DNA of 64,000 bases. Origin: an uncultured Alphaproteobacteria bacterium (GTDB taxonomy: Bacteria > Pseudomonadota > Alphaproteobacteria > Caulobacterales > Caulobacteraceae). The stretch covers positions 688 through 64,687 of the forward strand of contig CAITHQ010000066.1 of assembly GCA_903892305.1 (NCBI GenBank), written 5' to 3'. Below, piece after piece: positions 8,707-17,941 of this stretch (positions within the stretch are counted from its first letter, which is position 1; each line of letters starts with the position of its first letter). The notes under the pieces were generated by a model. The model was not told the DNA's origin and did not search any database. It saw only the letters and a list, made by a program, of their open reading frames with translations. Made by a program: the position numbers and the translations under genes.

Positions 8707-9983
8707 TCCATTTCAAAGCGTATGGGAACCGACTTTGGCCCATTCACGAAGACGCTCTGGCTCCAGACCGCCGGCCCATCGAGTTCCACCGATTTCAAGC
8801 GGGGCAACATTTCTTCCCAGAGAATGCGCATTTCCATCTTGGCCAGGTGCTGGCCCAGGCACAGATGGGCACCATAGCCAAAGGACAGCTGCTTGTTTGG
8901 CGCGCGATCCACCATGAAGTCATTGGGTCGGTCAAACACCGCTTCATCGCGGTTGCCAGAGGCATAGCAAAGCATGATCCAGTCATCCTTGCGCAGTTGA
9001 CGCCCGCCAAACTCCACATCCTCTGCGGCCGAGCGCATGAAGGTCTTGACGGGAGTCGTCCAGCGAATGGATTCCTCAACAAGGCTCGGGATCAGATCGG
9101 GATTGGCCTTGACCTTGGCCAACTGATCAGGCCGCTCTGCCAGGCCCCATAGGGCACCGGCTGTAGAGGACGAGGTCGTGTCGTGCCCGGCGGTGGCGAC
9201 GATGATGTAATACCCTAAGGCCTCGAATTCCGAGATGGGATTGCCGTCAATCTTGGCATTGGCAATGACGCTGGCGAGGTCGTCCCGTGGCTGAGCCCTG
9301 CGGCTGGCAGACAGGGCCGTGAAGTAGTTGAAAAAGTCAGTGATGACGCTGAGATCGAAAGTCTGCTCACCCTTTTCGTCGACTTGCGGTTTGCGGCCCA
9401 GCTCAGGATCAGACGCCCCGAATAGCTCTTGGGTCAGCATCAGCATGCGCGGCTCGTCCTCTTCGGGCACGCCCATAATTTCCATCACGACATGCAACGG
9501 ATAGTGCAGGGCGACCTCCTTGACGAAGTCGCACTTGCCGCCGGTTGCGGCCATCCGGTCAACAGAGGCTCGGGCGATCTTGCGAATACGATCTTCGTGG
9601 CTGCGCAGGTTCTGGGGCATGAACCAGGCCTGGGTCAGGGCGCGATATTTCGGATGATCTGGGGCATCCATCTGGACCAGGGTGCGCAGCAGGTGCGGGC
9701 TACCGCCCATGCGCTCGCGCACCCGCTCATCCACGGCCTTACTGACCATTGTCGTCGAGCGCGCGCCGCTCAGGAACAGGGAATTCTGCCGGCTGATTTC
9801 CAGAATATCGGCGTGCTTGGTGGCCACCCAGAAGGGATCGACTCCCTCGATCTCCGCCCGGCCAAAGGGATTATTGGCGCGCAGCCACGCATAGGTGTCG
9901 TAGATCCGACCGTCGGCATAGGCCAAGGCTTCAACCAGGGTATTAGCCTTGTCTTGAGGAATATTGATGTCGGCTGTGGTCAT
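8703..9983 (-). CDS. cytochrome P450
   Basis: I-helix AGHDTTSS, ExxR motif EESIRW, heme-thiolate loop FGYGAHLCLGQHLA. Confidence 0.95.
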   Translation of the reverse strand: MTTADINIPQDKANTLVEALAYADGRIYDTYAWLRANNPFGRAEIEGVDPFWVATKHADILEISRQNSLFLSGARSTTMVSKAVDERVRERMGGSPHLLRTLVQMDAPDHPKYRALTQAWFMPQNLRSHEDRIRKIARASVDRMAATGGKCDFVKEVALHYPLHVVMEIMGVPEEDEPRMLMLTQELFGASDPELGRKPQVDEKGEQTFDLSVITDFFNYFTALSASRRAQPRDDLASVIANAKIDGNPISEFEALGYYIIVATAGHDTTSSSTAGALWGLAERPDQLAKVKANPDLIPSLVEESIRWTTPVKTFMRSAAEDVEFGGRQLRKDDWIMLCYASGNRDEAVFDRPNDFMVDRAPNKQLSFGYGAHLCLGQHLAKMEMRILWEEMLPRLKSVELDGPAVWSQSVFVNGPKSVPIRFEMD

Positions 9984-10169
9984 GATGCATCGCCGTTCCG
10001 GACCTTGCTAGCAGCGCGCGCGATTCGCGCAGCGCGGTGACCCTTGGTCATCGAAATTCGGCTTCTCCCTTCCGTTGTTATCTGCGTTCACTTAGTGATT
10101 AAGTCTGACATCAGCGCAACGAGACTGACAAGGGACGATCCGAAGATCGCCCACTCCGGAGGACCGCCC

Positions 10170-11252
10170 ATGCTCACCAAGGCCGATGACTTTCCGATTC
10201 ACCAGACCCCAGAGCCCATCGCTTATTCGGGGACCGACAGGAATTTCTACGATCGCTATTTTTTCAATGGCTACCAGCCAGACGGAACCGAATTTTTCGC
10301 CATCGCCTTTGGCGTCTACCCCCACCTAAATGTCGCCGACGCCCACTTCTCCGTCATCCGCAATGGGGTGGAGCACTGCCTCCACGCCTCACGCCTCTTG
10401 AACATGGAACGGATGGATCTTGAGGTCGGGCCGATCTCTATTTCGGTCCTGGAGCCTCTGCAAAAGCTCAAGGTGACAGTAGCTCTAAGCGAGGGGATTG
10501 CTGCGGAGCTGATCTTTGAGGGCCGCACCTTCCCAATCGAAGAGCCGCGGTTCATGCGCCGCATCGGGCCTCGGGCCTTTATGGACTATACCCGTCTCAC
10601 CCAGAACGTCCGGATCACCGGCTGGATTGAAGTTGATGGCGTACGGAAAACCCTCGACGCCGGCACCGTCGGTACCCGGGATCGGTCCTGGGGCGTCCGT
10701 CCCGTAGGTAATCCAGACTCTCAGCCAACCGTGCCCGAACAGGTGGGTGGCTTTTTCTGGCAGTGGACTCCCTTGAATTTCGCCGACAAGTCCGTCTTTT
10801 TCCATGTGAATGCCGATCCGGACGGCGTGCCTTGGAACACCCGAGCGGTCATCCTGAAAGACGGCGCAGGACCCAACGAGGGGCACCACACAGACACAGC
10901 CACCATCGAAGATGTCACCATGATCCCAGGTACCCGGCATGCCCAGGGCGGGACCCTGGTCGTACCCCTGAAGCAGGGCTCAGCGAAGGTGAAGTTCGAA
11001 CCCTTCCTTACCTTCCTGATGCGGGGCATTGGCTATGGCCATCCCAACTGGCGCCATGGGGCCTATAAGGGGGTTCTGGTGGTAGAGCGCGAGGACATTG
11101 ATCTGGCCAAGGTCAACATGGCCAGCCCGGAAAACTGGCACATTCAAGCCCTGTCCCGGGTGACCCTAAGCCTACCGGGCGAAGCCTCAGACGTGGGCAT
11201 GGGCGTCTTCGAGCAATTGATCGCAGGACCCTATCGACCTTACGGTCTCTAA
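10170..11252 (+). CDS. conserved hypothetical protein, divergent from the P450 operon
   Basis: Start moved to ATG at 10170 (GGAGGA at 10158-10163). No signal peptide. Predominantly beta-like sequence; the RDRSWG segment is the only motif-like feature I see. Confidence 0.7.
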   Translation: MLTKADDFPIHQTPEPIAYSGTDRNFYDRYFFNGYQPDGTEFFAIAFGVYPHLNVADAHFSVIRNGVEHCLHASRLLNMERMDLEVGPISISVLEPLQKLKVTVALSEGIAAELIFEGRTFPIEEPRFMRRIGPRAFMDYTRLTQNVRITGWIEVDGVRKTLDAGTVGTRDRSWGVRPVGNPDSQPTVPEQVGGFFWQWTPLNFADKSVFFHVNADPDGVPWNTRAVILKDGAGPNEGHHTDTATIEDVTMIPGTRHAQGGTLVVPLKQGSAKVKFEPFLTFLMRGIGYGHPNWRHGAYKGVLVVEREDIDLAKVNMASPENWHIQALSRVTLSLPGEASDVGMGVFEQLIAGPYRPYGL

Positions 11253-11261
11253 TCGATCGCA

Positions 11262-11290
11262 CTTGCCTAACCCAAGGTGGGTTGGGCAAG
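11262..11290 (+). terminator. stem-loop downstream of the 10170-11252 CDS
   Basis: 12-bp stem CTTGCCTAACCC / GGGTTGGGCAAG (one G-U pair) with a 5-nt loop, 10 nt after the stop. No clean U-tract. Confidence 0.45.
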
Positions 11291-11333
11291 GTAGGCAAAT
11301 TATCATTCCAAAGGCGCGCTAATTGCGCCGATT

Positions 11334-12311
11334 TTGAAAGAAGATCCTTTGACGACTTCGTCTCCCGCGGCGCTTTCGGTCGCGAACGCCGACTCCATGG
11401 CCTCTGTTAGTGCATTGATTCAAGGTCTGGAGAGCGTGGGCTATATTGCCTCTCGCCGGATCGCCACCGCCCTTTTCATGGCGGTGAATTTGCAAAAGCC
11501 TATTCTGGTGGAAGGCTCCGCTGGCGTTGGCAAAACTGAATTGGCCCTGTCCACCGCCGCCTTGCTCGGCCTGCCTCTGATCCGCATGCAGTGCTATGAG
11601 GGCCTCGATGAGTCCAAGGCACTCTATGAATGGAAGTATGGCAAGCAGCTGCTTTACACCCAGATCCTGAAGGACCGCATGGGGGCCAGTTTGGCCGACG
11701 CAGTCGATATGGATGCCGCCATGGACCGGCTTCATGGCATGGGCGACCTGTTTTTCTCTGAACCCTTCCTTGAGCCCCGTCCGCTGATGAAGGCCCTGCA
11801 GGAGGATGACGGCTGCGTCCTGCTGATCGACGAAATCGACAAGTCCGACGAGGCGTTCGAAGCCTTCCTTCTGGAAGTCCTTTCGGCCTATCAGGTCTCT
11901 ATCCCAGAAATTGGGGTGCTGAAGGCCAAGACGCCACCTATCGTCTTCCTGACCTCCAATAATGTTCGCGACCTAGGTGACGCCCTTAAGCGCCGCTGCC
12001 TGCACCTCCACATCCCCCTGCCCGACGCAGCTCTGGAACGTCGTATTGTTGCCAGCCGCGTGCCGGGCATTGAGGCCGATCTCGTCAGCCAATTGGTCAG
12101 TTTTGTTCAGTCTCTTCGGACCCTGGACCTACGCAAGTCGCCTTCCATCTCTGAGACTGTCGACTGGGCGCGAGCCCTGATCCTGCTGAACGCCGACGCC
12201 CTGGAGACCGAGGTGGTGCGCGACAGTCTCAATGTCCTGCTGAAGTTCGAACAGGACATCCAAGCCATTGAGCCGCAGATCGCTGAGCTCATCCGTAAGC
12301 CCTTGGCCTGA
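11334..12311 (+). CDS. MoxR/CoxD-like AAA+ ATPase
   Basis: Walker A GSAGVGKTELA and Walker B VLLIDEIDKSD. About 325 aa, typical of MoxR-class ATPases. Confidence 0.9.
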   Translation: MKEDPLTTSSPAALSVANADSMASVSALIQGLESVGYIASRRIATALFMAVNLQKPILVEGSAGVGKTELALSTAALLGLPLIRMQCYEGLDESKALYEWKYGKQLLYTQILKDRMGASLADAVDMDAAMDRLHGMGDLFFSEPFLEPRPLMKALQEDDGCVLLIDEIDKSDEAFEAFLLEVLSAYQVSIPEIGVLKAKTPPIVFLTSNNVRDLGDALKRRCLHLHIPLPDAALERRIVASRVPGIEADLVSQLVSFVQSLRTLDLRKSPSISETVDWARALILLNADALETEVVRDSLNVLLKFEQDIQAIEPQIAELIRKPLA

Positions 12312-12317
12312 CCGGTC

Positions 12318-13682
12318 ATGCAGGGCGCTCTCGAAGACTTTTTTCGGGCGCTAAGGGCCTCGGACGTTCGGATCTCCCCGGCCGAGGCCATTGACGCCCA
12401 CCGCACGGTGGCCACCGTCGGTTTCGCCGACCGCGAACTGTTCAAGGACGCCCTTTGCGCCACCTTGGCAAAAACCGCCGATGAGGTGGAAAGGTTTGAT
12501 CGGACCTTTGATACCTTCTTTACACGACAGGCCTTCATGGCTGCCTCGCCGCCGCCAGAGGACGGCGACCGTGACCCTATGGACGGCTTGCCCCAAGAGG
12601 GCGACCCCAGTGAACTGGCTCGGATGCTTATGGCGGGCGATGCTTCGGCCCTGGCTCAAGCCATGGAAGAAGCGGCAGAGCGGGCTCAGGTCTCCCAGAT
12701 ACGCCTGTCCACCCAAAGAAGTCGACTGACGCGAAAGCTGCTGGAGGAAATGGGCTTGGCGGAGATAGAGCGGATCATCGCCGCCGCACGCCGACTAGAC
12801 GATCCAAAGGGCCAAGCGGCAGGCGAACGTCTGGACGCCGCCCGTCAAGCCCTGGCCAAGGAAGCCTCAGCCTATGTGGAGCGCCAACACGAACTCTATG
12901 CCTCGGAGAGCGGCAAGAACCTTCGGGAAGAGCTGCTCGCGCGCAAAGCCTTGAATTCTGACGGCGGCATTGATCCCGTCGACCTTGCCATGATGCAGAC
13001 CCTGGTCAAGCGCATGGCCAAGCGTCTGGCTGACCGCTATTCCCGCCGGCGCAGCGTGGCCTGGACCGGGCACCTGGACGTCCGCCGCACCCTGCGCAAG
13101 TCCATGGGCTATGGCGGTATGCCCTTCGACATCGTCTTCAAGACCAAGAAGATCGACAAGCCGTCCATTGTGGCCATCTGTGACGTCTCGAAATCCGTGG
13201 CTGCCGCGGCTCAGTTCCTGCTGACCTTCCTCTATTCCTTGAACGAAGTGGTCGACCGGATGGAGGCCTTTGCCTTCTCTGGACGGATGATCAGCGTCAA
13301 TGCCCTGCTCGACGAGCACAAGGTCGAGACGGCGATTCTCGAAGTCCTGAAACAGATCGGCTTTCAGCAGACCGATTATGGTCGTTCCCTGGAAGACTTC
13401 TGCGATCAGCATCTAGATCAGCTCGACCGACACACCACGGTCATCTTCCTTGGCGACGCACGGTCGAACTATGCCGATCCGCGCTTGGACCTTCTGGCCA
13501 CCATCCAGAAGCGCTCCCGCGCCCTGATCTGGCTCAATCCAGAACCCGAAAGCTATTGGGGTCAGGGCGACAGCGTCATGCACCGCTATCAGCGGTTCTG
13601 CCATGTGGCCAAGCCGTGCAATACCTTGGGCCAACTGGAACGGATTATCGAAGACGTCCTGCGGACCTATATCCCGCATTAA
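12318..13682 (+). CDS. VWA domain protein (CoxE-like), MoxR partner
   Basis: C-terminal vWA with MIDAS-like ICDVSKS and IFLGDARSN. It starts 7 nt after the AAA+ gene. Confidence 0.85.
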   Translation: MQGALEDFFRALRASDVRISPAEAIDAHRTVATVGFADRELFKDALCATLAKTADEVERFDRTFDTFFTRQAFMAASPPPEDGDRDPMDGLPQEGDPSELARMLMAGDASALAQAMEEAAERAQVSQIRLSTQRSRLTRKLLEEMGLAEIERIIAAARRLDDPKGQAAGERLDAARQALAKEASAYVERQHELYASESGKNLREELLARKALNSDGGIDPVDLAMMQTLVKRMAKRLADRYSRRRSVAWTGHLDVRRTLRKSMGYGGMPFDIVFKTKKIDKPSIVAICDVSKSVAAAAQFLLTFLYSLNEVVDRMEAFAFSGRMISVNALLDEHKVETAILEVLKQIGFQQTDYGRSLEDFCDQHLDQLDRHTTVIFLGDARSNYADPRLDLLATIQKRSRALIWLNPEPESYWGQGDSVMHRYQRFCHVAKPCNTLGQLERIIEDVLRTYIPH

Positions 13683-13696
13683 AGCGGGCGAGATAA

Positions 13697-13727
13697 GCTC
13701 CCTCTCCCGCACGCCGAGAGAGGGAGC
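13697..13727. terminator. bidirectional stem-loop between convergent genes
   Basis: Perfect 10-bp stem GCTCCCTCTC / GAGAGGGAGC with an 11-nt loop. It sits in the 51-bp gap between the stops at 13682 and 13734. Confidence 0.6.
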
Positions 13728-13733
13728 AGATCA

Positions 13734-15914
13734 TCAAACCTTCAGTTGATCCTTGCTGATCGGCAGGCTGCGCAGCCGCTTGCCGGTCGCCGCAAAGATC
13801 GCGTTGCACAGGGCCGGAAGCACTGGTGGCAGGGCAGGTTCGCCCAGGCCCGTGGGTGCATTGTCCGTAATATTCCAGTGCACCTCTACCATTGGCGCAG
13901 ACTTCATCCTGAGCAGGGGATAGGTGTTGAAGTTCCGCTCCACCACGGCTCCGCCTTCAATGGATATCTTCTGGCCCAGGGCGGCCGAGAGACCATCAAT
14001 AACCGCCCCCTGGACCTGATTGAGCGCGCCGGTTGGGTTGATGATCTGGCGACCCACATCGGCGGCCACCCAGACTTTTTCCACCGTGACGTCACCGGCC
14101 TCTGACACATGGGCCTGCACCACCTCGGCGAAATACCCCAGATGGCTGAAGTGGAAGGCGACGCCCATGCCTTGGCGCGGGCCAAGCTTGGTCTTGCCCC
14201 AACCCGATTTGGCCGCGACCAATTCCAGCACGCCCTTCATACGGTGACCGTCATAGCCGTCCTTGCCAGCGGTGCCGACAAAGACCTGATCTCCCAGAAG
14301 GTTCAGGCGGAAGGTCACCGGATCGATCCCGGCACTATGCGCCAGCTCATCAATGAAGGACTGGACCACAAAGGCCAGGGCGTTTGACCCCGGTGCCCTT
14401 AAGGGCCCGGTTGGTATGCCGCACTCGATGACAGAGAGGTCATACTTAAAGTTCTCTACGAAGCGGGCTGGGAATTCCGTCGTAGCCATACCGGCGCTGC
14501 TAGCGGGCTTACCGGCGGTTCCCAGGGTGACAAAATGATCATGCCAGGCGGAAATTTTTCCAGACTTAGCAACGGCACCCTTTAGGTAATGCCAGCCCGC
14601 AGGACGATAGAAGTCGTGCCGCAGATCATCCTCACGGGTCCAGAGGAGTTTAACCGGCGCCCCGGTCTCCTTGGCGATCCAGGCCGCCTCGACCATGTAG
14701 TCATTGGCCAAGCGCCGACCAAAGCCGCCGCCGCAGCGGGTCATGTGTATGGTGATATCGGCGGGCTTGAGACCCAGGGTCTTGGCCACAAGCTGGCGGC
14801 CGGCGTCTGGGTACTGGGTCGGGGCCCAGATCTCCATCTTGCCGTCATGGAAGTGGGCCGTGCAGTTCTGGGGCTCCAGGGGTGCGTGGGCGATAAAGGG
14901 ATAGGCATAGGCCGCCTCAACCGTCGAGGTCGCGCCGGTGAACCCTGCGGCAACATCTCCGTCCTGACGCTCAGTCCGCAGTGGGGCTCCCTTGGAAAGG
15001 GCGTCAGCCTGGGCGGCAAAGCCTGAGCTGGACTGCTGGGCCGTAGGATGATCCTGCCACTTGATATTCAGCTTGTTGCGGCCCTGCCGCGCTTGCCACC
15101 AGCTGTCAGCCACCACGGCAACCCCAGGGAGCAGACCGTTGAGCTCGGGGCCGCCCCCAACCAGGAAGGCTTTACGAACCCCCTTGACCGCCAAGGCCGC
15201 GTCCAGGTCTGCGCTGGCCACACCGGCCCCAAACACCGGGGCCTTTTCAAAGGTGGCGTAGAGCATGCCAGGTACGACCACATCGATACCAAACAGGGGC
15301 TTGCCGCGTACAATGGCGGCGGTGTCCACCTGGGGCTTGGACTTACCAATGATCTTGTACGCCTTAGGGTCCTTGAGCACGATCGACTTAGGGTCCGGTG
15401 CAGGCAGGGTCGCGGCCTGGGCCGCCAGGGATCCATAGGTTGCTGAGCGCTTCGAGGCCTTGTGATAAACAACCCCTGAGGCCGTCGTGCATTCGCTCGC
15501 AGGAACCTTCCAGTTGGCAGCCGCTGCGGCCACGATCAGGGCCCGTGCCGTCGCGCCAACCTTGCGTAGCTGATCCCAGTTCATGGGTGTGGCCATACTG
15601 CCGCCAGCGAACTGCAGCCCATAAACGGCAGGCTTGCTGTCGGCCTGCTGTATGCGGACCTGAGCCCAATCCACATCCAGCTCTTCAGCGATGATCATAG
15701 GCAAGGAGGTCTTGATCCCCTGACCGATCTCTGGGTTCTTGGCGACAAGGGTCACCACATTGTCGGGTGCAATGGTCACATAGGCGTTGAGGACGGGGGC
15801 GGTCGTGCCGTCGGCCCGCGCCTTGCCAGCCACCGAGAAACTCAGCATCAAGCCACCGGCAGCAGCGCTGACCTGAACGAAGTGGCGGCGGGAGATATCG
15901 GTACCATCAGCCAT
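13734..15914 (-). CDS. molybdopterin-binding subunit of a xanthine dehydrogenase-family oxidoreductase (IorB/aldehyde oxidoreductase-like), Tat-exported
   Basis: Twin-arginine signal ISRRHFVQVSAAAGGLML. Large Mo-hydroxylase beta-subunit architecture. Start moved to ATG at 15914, 2 nt after the small-subunit stop. Confidence 0.9.
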   Translation of the reverse strand: MADGTDISRRHFVQVSAAAGGLMLSFSVAGKARADGTTAPVLNAYVTIAPDNVVTLVAKNPEIGQGIKTSLPMIIAEELDVDWAQVRIQQADSKPAVYGLQFAGGSMATPMNWDQLRKVGATARALIVAAAAANWKVPASECTTASGVVYHKASKRSATYGSLAAQAATLPAPDPKSIVLKDPKAYKIIGKSKPQVDTAAIVRGKPLFGIDVVVPGMLYATFEKAPVFGAGVASADLDAALAVKGVRKAFLVGGGPELNGLLPGVAVVADSWWQARQGRNKLNIKWQDHPTAQQSSSGFAAQADALSKGAPLRTERQDGDVAAGFTGATSTVEAAYAYPFIAHAPLEPQNCTAHFHDGKMEIWAPTQYPDAGRQLVAKTLGLKPADITIHMTRCGGGFGRRLANDYMVEAAWIAKETGAPVKLLWTREDDLRHDFYRPAGWHYLKGAVAKSGKISAWHDHFVTLGTAGKPASSAGMATTEFPARFVENFKYDLSVIECGIPTGPLRAPGSNALAFVVQSFIDELAHSAGIDPVTFRLNLLGDQVFVGTAGKDGYDGHRMKGVLELVAAKSGWGKTKLGPRQGMGVAFHFSHLGYFAEVVQAHVSEAGDVTVEKVWVAADVGRQIINPTGALNQVQGAVIDGLSAALGQKISIEGGAVVERNFNTYPLLRMKSAPMVEVHWNITDNAPTGLGEPALPPVLPALCNAIFAATGKRLRSLPISKDQLKV

Positions 15915-15916
15915 GA

Positions 15917-16384
15917 TCAGACTCCCGACTTCTGGCCTGAGGCCAATTTGATCGCCGCACGAATGCGAGTGTAGGTGGCGCAACGACAGATATTCCCGCT
16001 CATGGCGGTGTCGATATCAGCGTCCGTGGGTTTTGGGGTCTTGGTCAGCAGGGCTGTGGCCGACATGATCTGGCCAGGCTGGCAATAGCCGCACTGGGCG
16101 ACATCGAGCTCGGTCCAGGCCGCCTGGACCTTCTTGCCGATGGCGGTATCGCCGATGGCTTCAATGGTCGTGACCTTACCGGCACCAACCTTTTCCACCG
16201 GGGTCGCGCAAGACCTGACCGGGACGCCGTCAATGTGCACGGTGCACGCACCGCAAGAGCCGATCCCGCAGCCGAACTTGGGGCCTAAAATCCCCAGGCT
16301 ATCCCGCAGGGCCCAGAGCAGGGGTGTCCCTGGCTCCACATCGGCCTGCCGAACCTTGCCGTCTACATTTAGGCTGTAGGTCAT
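15917..16384 (-). CDS. (2Fe-2S)-binding small subunit of the Mo-hydroxylase (IorA-like)
   Basis: Two cluster motifs: CGIGSCGACTV and QCGYCQPG ... NICRCATY. Confidence 0.95.
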   Translation of the reverse strand: MTYSLNVDGKVRQADVEPGTPLLWALRDSLGILGPKFGCGIGSCGACTVHIDGVPVRSCATPVEKVGAGKVTTIEAIGDTAIGKKVQAAWTELDVAQCGYCQPGQIMSATALLTKTPKPTDADIDTAMSGNICRCATYTRIRAAIKLASGQKSGV

Positions 16385-16452
16385 AATGCGCCCCTCTCCC
16401 CGTCTAGAATGTCGAGATTCCTAACCCCAAACGCGCCTCAAGACCAGCAAGC

Positions 16453-17145
16453 TTAGGGGATGATCACCACCGAATCTGGCAACTCATTTGGATTATCGCC
16501 CGGGATGGCCGGGAAGTGTTCGGTGAGGATTTCTCCGCACATGGCAATGGCCTGCTCAAATCCTTCGGCAGGCCTATTGGCCTTGATACCACTGATTAGC
16601 CTGGCCATGGCGGCCTCCCAGACCTTGGGGTCCACCTTGGCGGCAATGCCTTCATCTGCAATCAGCTCGGCCAAGCGCTCCTTGGTTGAGACAAAGATAA
16701 GAATGCCCGTCCGCTCCCGGGTGACGTGCAGACCCTTGGCGAAGAACTGTTCCTGGGCCCGCCGGCGCACGCGCTCGCGCTTCAGGCTCTTGGGGGTCAG
16801 AACGCGGCGTAGGGGTGGGATAGAGGCCAGAACGGCCACCACCACGAACAGTACGGCCTGCAGCATGATGGCGCCGGCCACCGCCATGCGGGCGGCGGTC
16901 TGGGTCACCTCGCCCACCTGGGCCGAACTCCAGCCCTGATTAAACAGGTCCGGCACCGTCACATGAATACCCCCTGCTAAGAGGATGGCCGGCGCTGCCA
17001 GTGCCGCAAGGGCCGCCCAGGCAATGGGCACTTCACGATAGTCTGAGCATTCATTGGCCACGACGCAGAAGATTTCCCCCCGGGTCGGATCTTCCGCCGA
17101 CGCCACAGCCGCTTCAATGCGTTTGAGATCCTGATCTGTCAGCAC
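16453..17145 (-). CDS. TPM-domain membrane protein
   Basis: Start set to GTG at 17145 (VLTDQDLKRIEAAV), 1 nt after the upstream stop. TPM-like segments flank two hydrophobic helices. The long ORF-track extension overlaps the upstream gene. Confidence 0.75.
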   Translation of the reverse strand: MLTDQDLKRIEAAVASAEDPTRGEIFCVVANECSDYREVPIAWAALAALAAPAILLAGGIHVTVPDLFNQGWSSAQVGEVTQTAARMAVAGAIMLQAVLFVVVAVLASIPPLRRVLTPKSLKRERVRRRAQEQFFAKGLHVTRERTGILIFVSTKERLAELIADEGIAAKVDPKVWEAAMARLISGIKANRPAEGFEQAIAMCGEILTEHFPAIPGDNPNELPDSVVIIP

Positions 17146-17146
17146 G

Positions 17147-17941
17147 TCACCAACTCCCCGAAGATCCACCGCCGCCGAAAGATCCCCCGCCACCGGAGAA
17201 TCCGCCACCACCTCCGCCATCGCCCCAACCGCCATCGCCGCCGCGGCCTCCGCTGTTAAGCAGGAGCAGGGGCAGCCACCAGAGACCGCTGCCGCCACGA
17301 CGACCACCGCCACGCAAAACGCTGCTGATGACCCAAAACGCGATGAGTAGGACCAGGAAGGACGGGATATGACCCTTGCTGGAATGGGAGACTGGGACCT
17401 CGGCCACCTTGGCGACAACAGCCTTAGCTTCATCCTCGGGCAGGGCCAGCTGGTCAATGACCGCCTGGGCACCGGCGACGACACCTTGTTCGATATTCCC
17501 TGCCCGGAAATCTGGCAGGATCTTAGCCTGAATAATGTTGGAGGTCAGGGCGTCGGTCAGGACCGGCTCCAGACCATAGCCCACCTCGATCCGCACCTTG
17601 CGGTCATTGGGGGCGATCAGCAGGACCACGCCGTCATTGCGGGTCTTGTCGCCAATCCCCCATGCCCGACCCAGCTGATAGCCATAATCCTCAATGGCAT
17701 AGCCTTGCAGATCGGGAATGGTGGCGACGACCATCTGATGGCCGGTCTTGGCCTCAAGGTCTGCCAGCTTGCCCGTGAGGTCCTGTTGCGCCTGGGCGGA
17801 CAAGAGGTGTGCAGTGTCCACCACCCGCCCGGTCAGGGGCGGGAAGGTCGGGGCGGCCAGGGCCACCCCGTTGAACACCAAGGTGACGACGGCGAGGACC
17901 GCGACGGCGATTAGGCCGCGCGGTCCCTTTAAGGTTTTCAT
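17147..17941 (-). CDS. TPM-domain protein (YgcG-like) with signal peptide and Gly-rich C-terminal tail
   Basis: Signal peptide ending VALA. TPM core VVDTAHLLS ... VVATIPDLQG ... NDGVVLLIAPNDRKVRIEVGYGLE. One TM helix, then a GGGGSFGGGG-type tail. Confidence 0.85.
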   Translation of the reverse strand: MKTLKGPRGLIAVAVLAVVTLVFNGVALAAPTFPPLTGRVVDTAHLLSAQAQQDLTGKLADLEAKTGHQMVVATIPDLQGYAIEDYGYQLGRAWGIGDKTRNDGVVLLIAPNDRKVRIEVGYGLEPVLTDALTSNIIQAKILPDFRAGNIEQGVVAGAQAVIDQLALPEDEAKAVVAKVAEVPVSHSSKGHIPSFLVLLIAFWVISSVLRGGGRRGGSGLWWLPLLLLNSGGRGGDGGWGDGGGGGGFSGGGGSFGGGGSSGSW

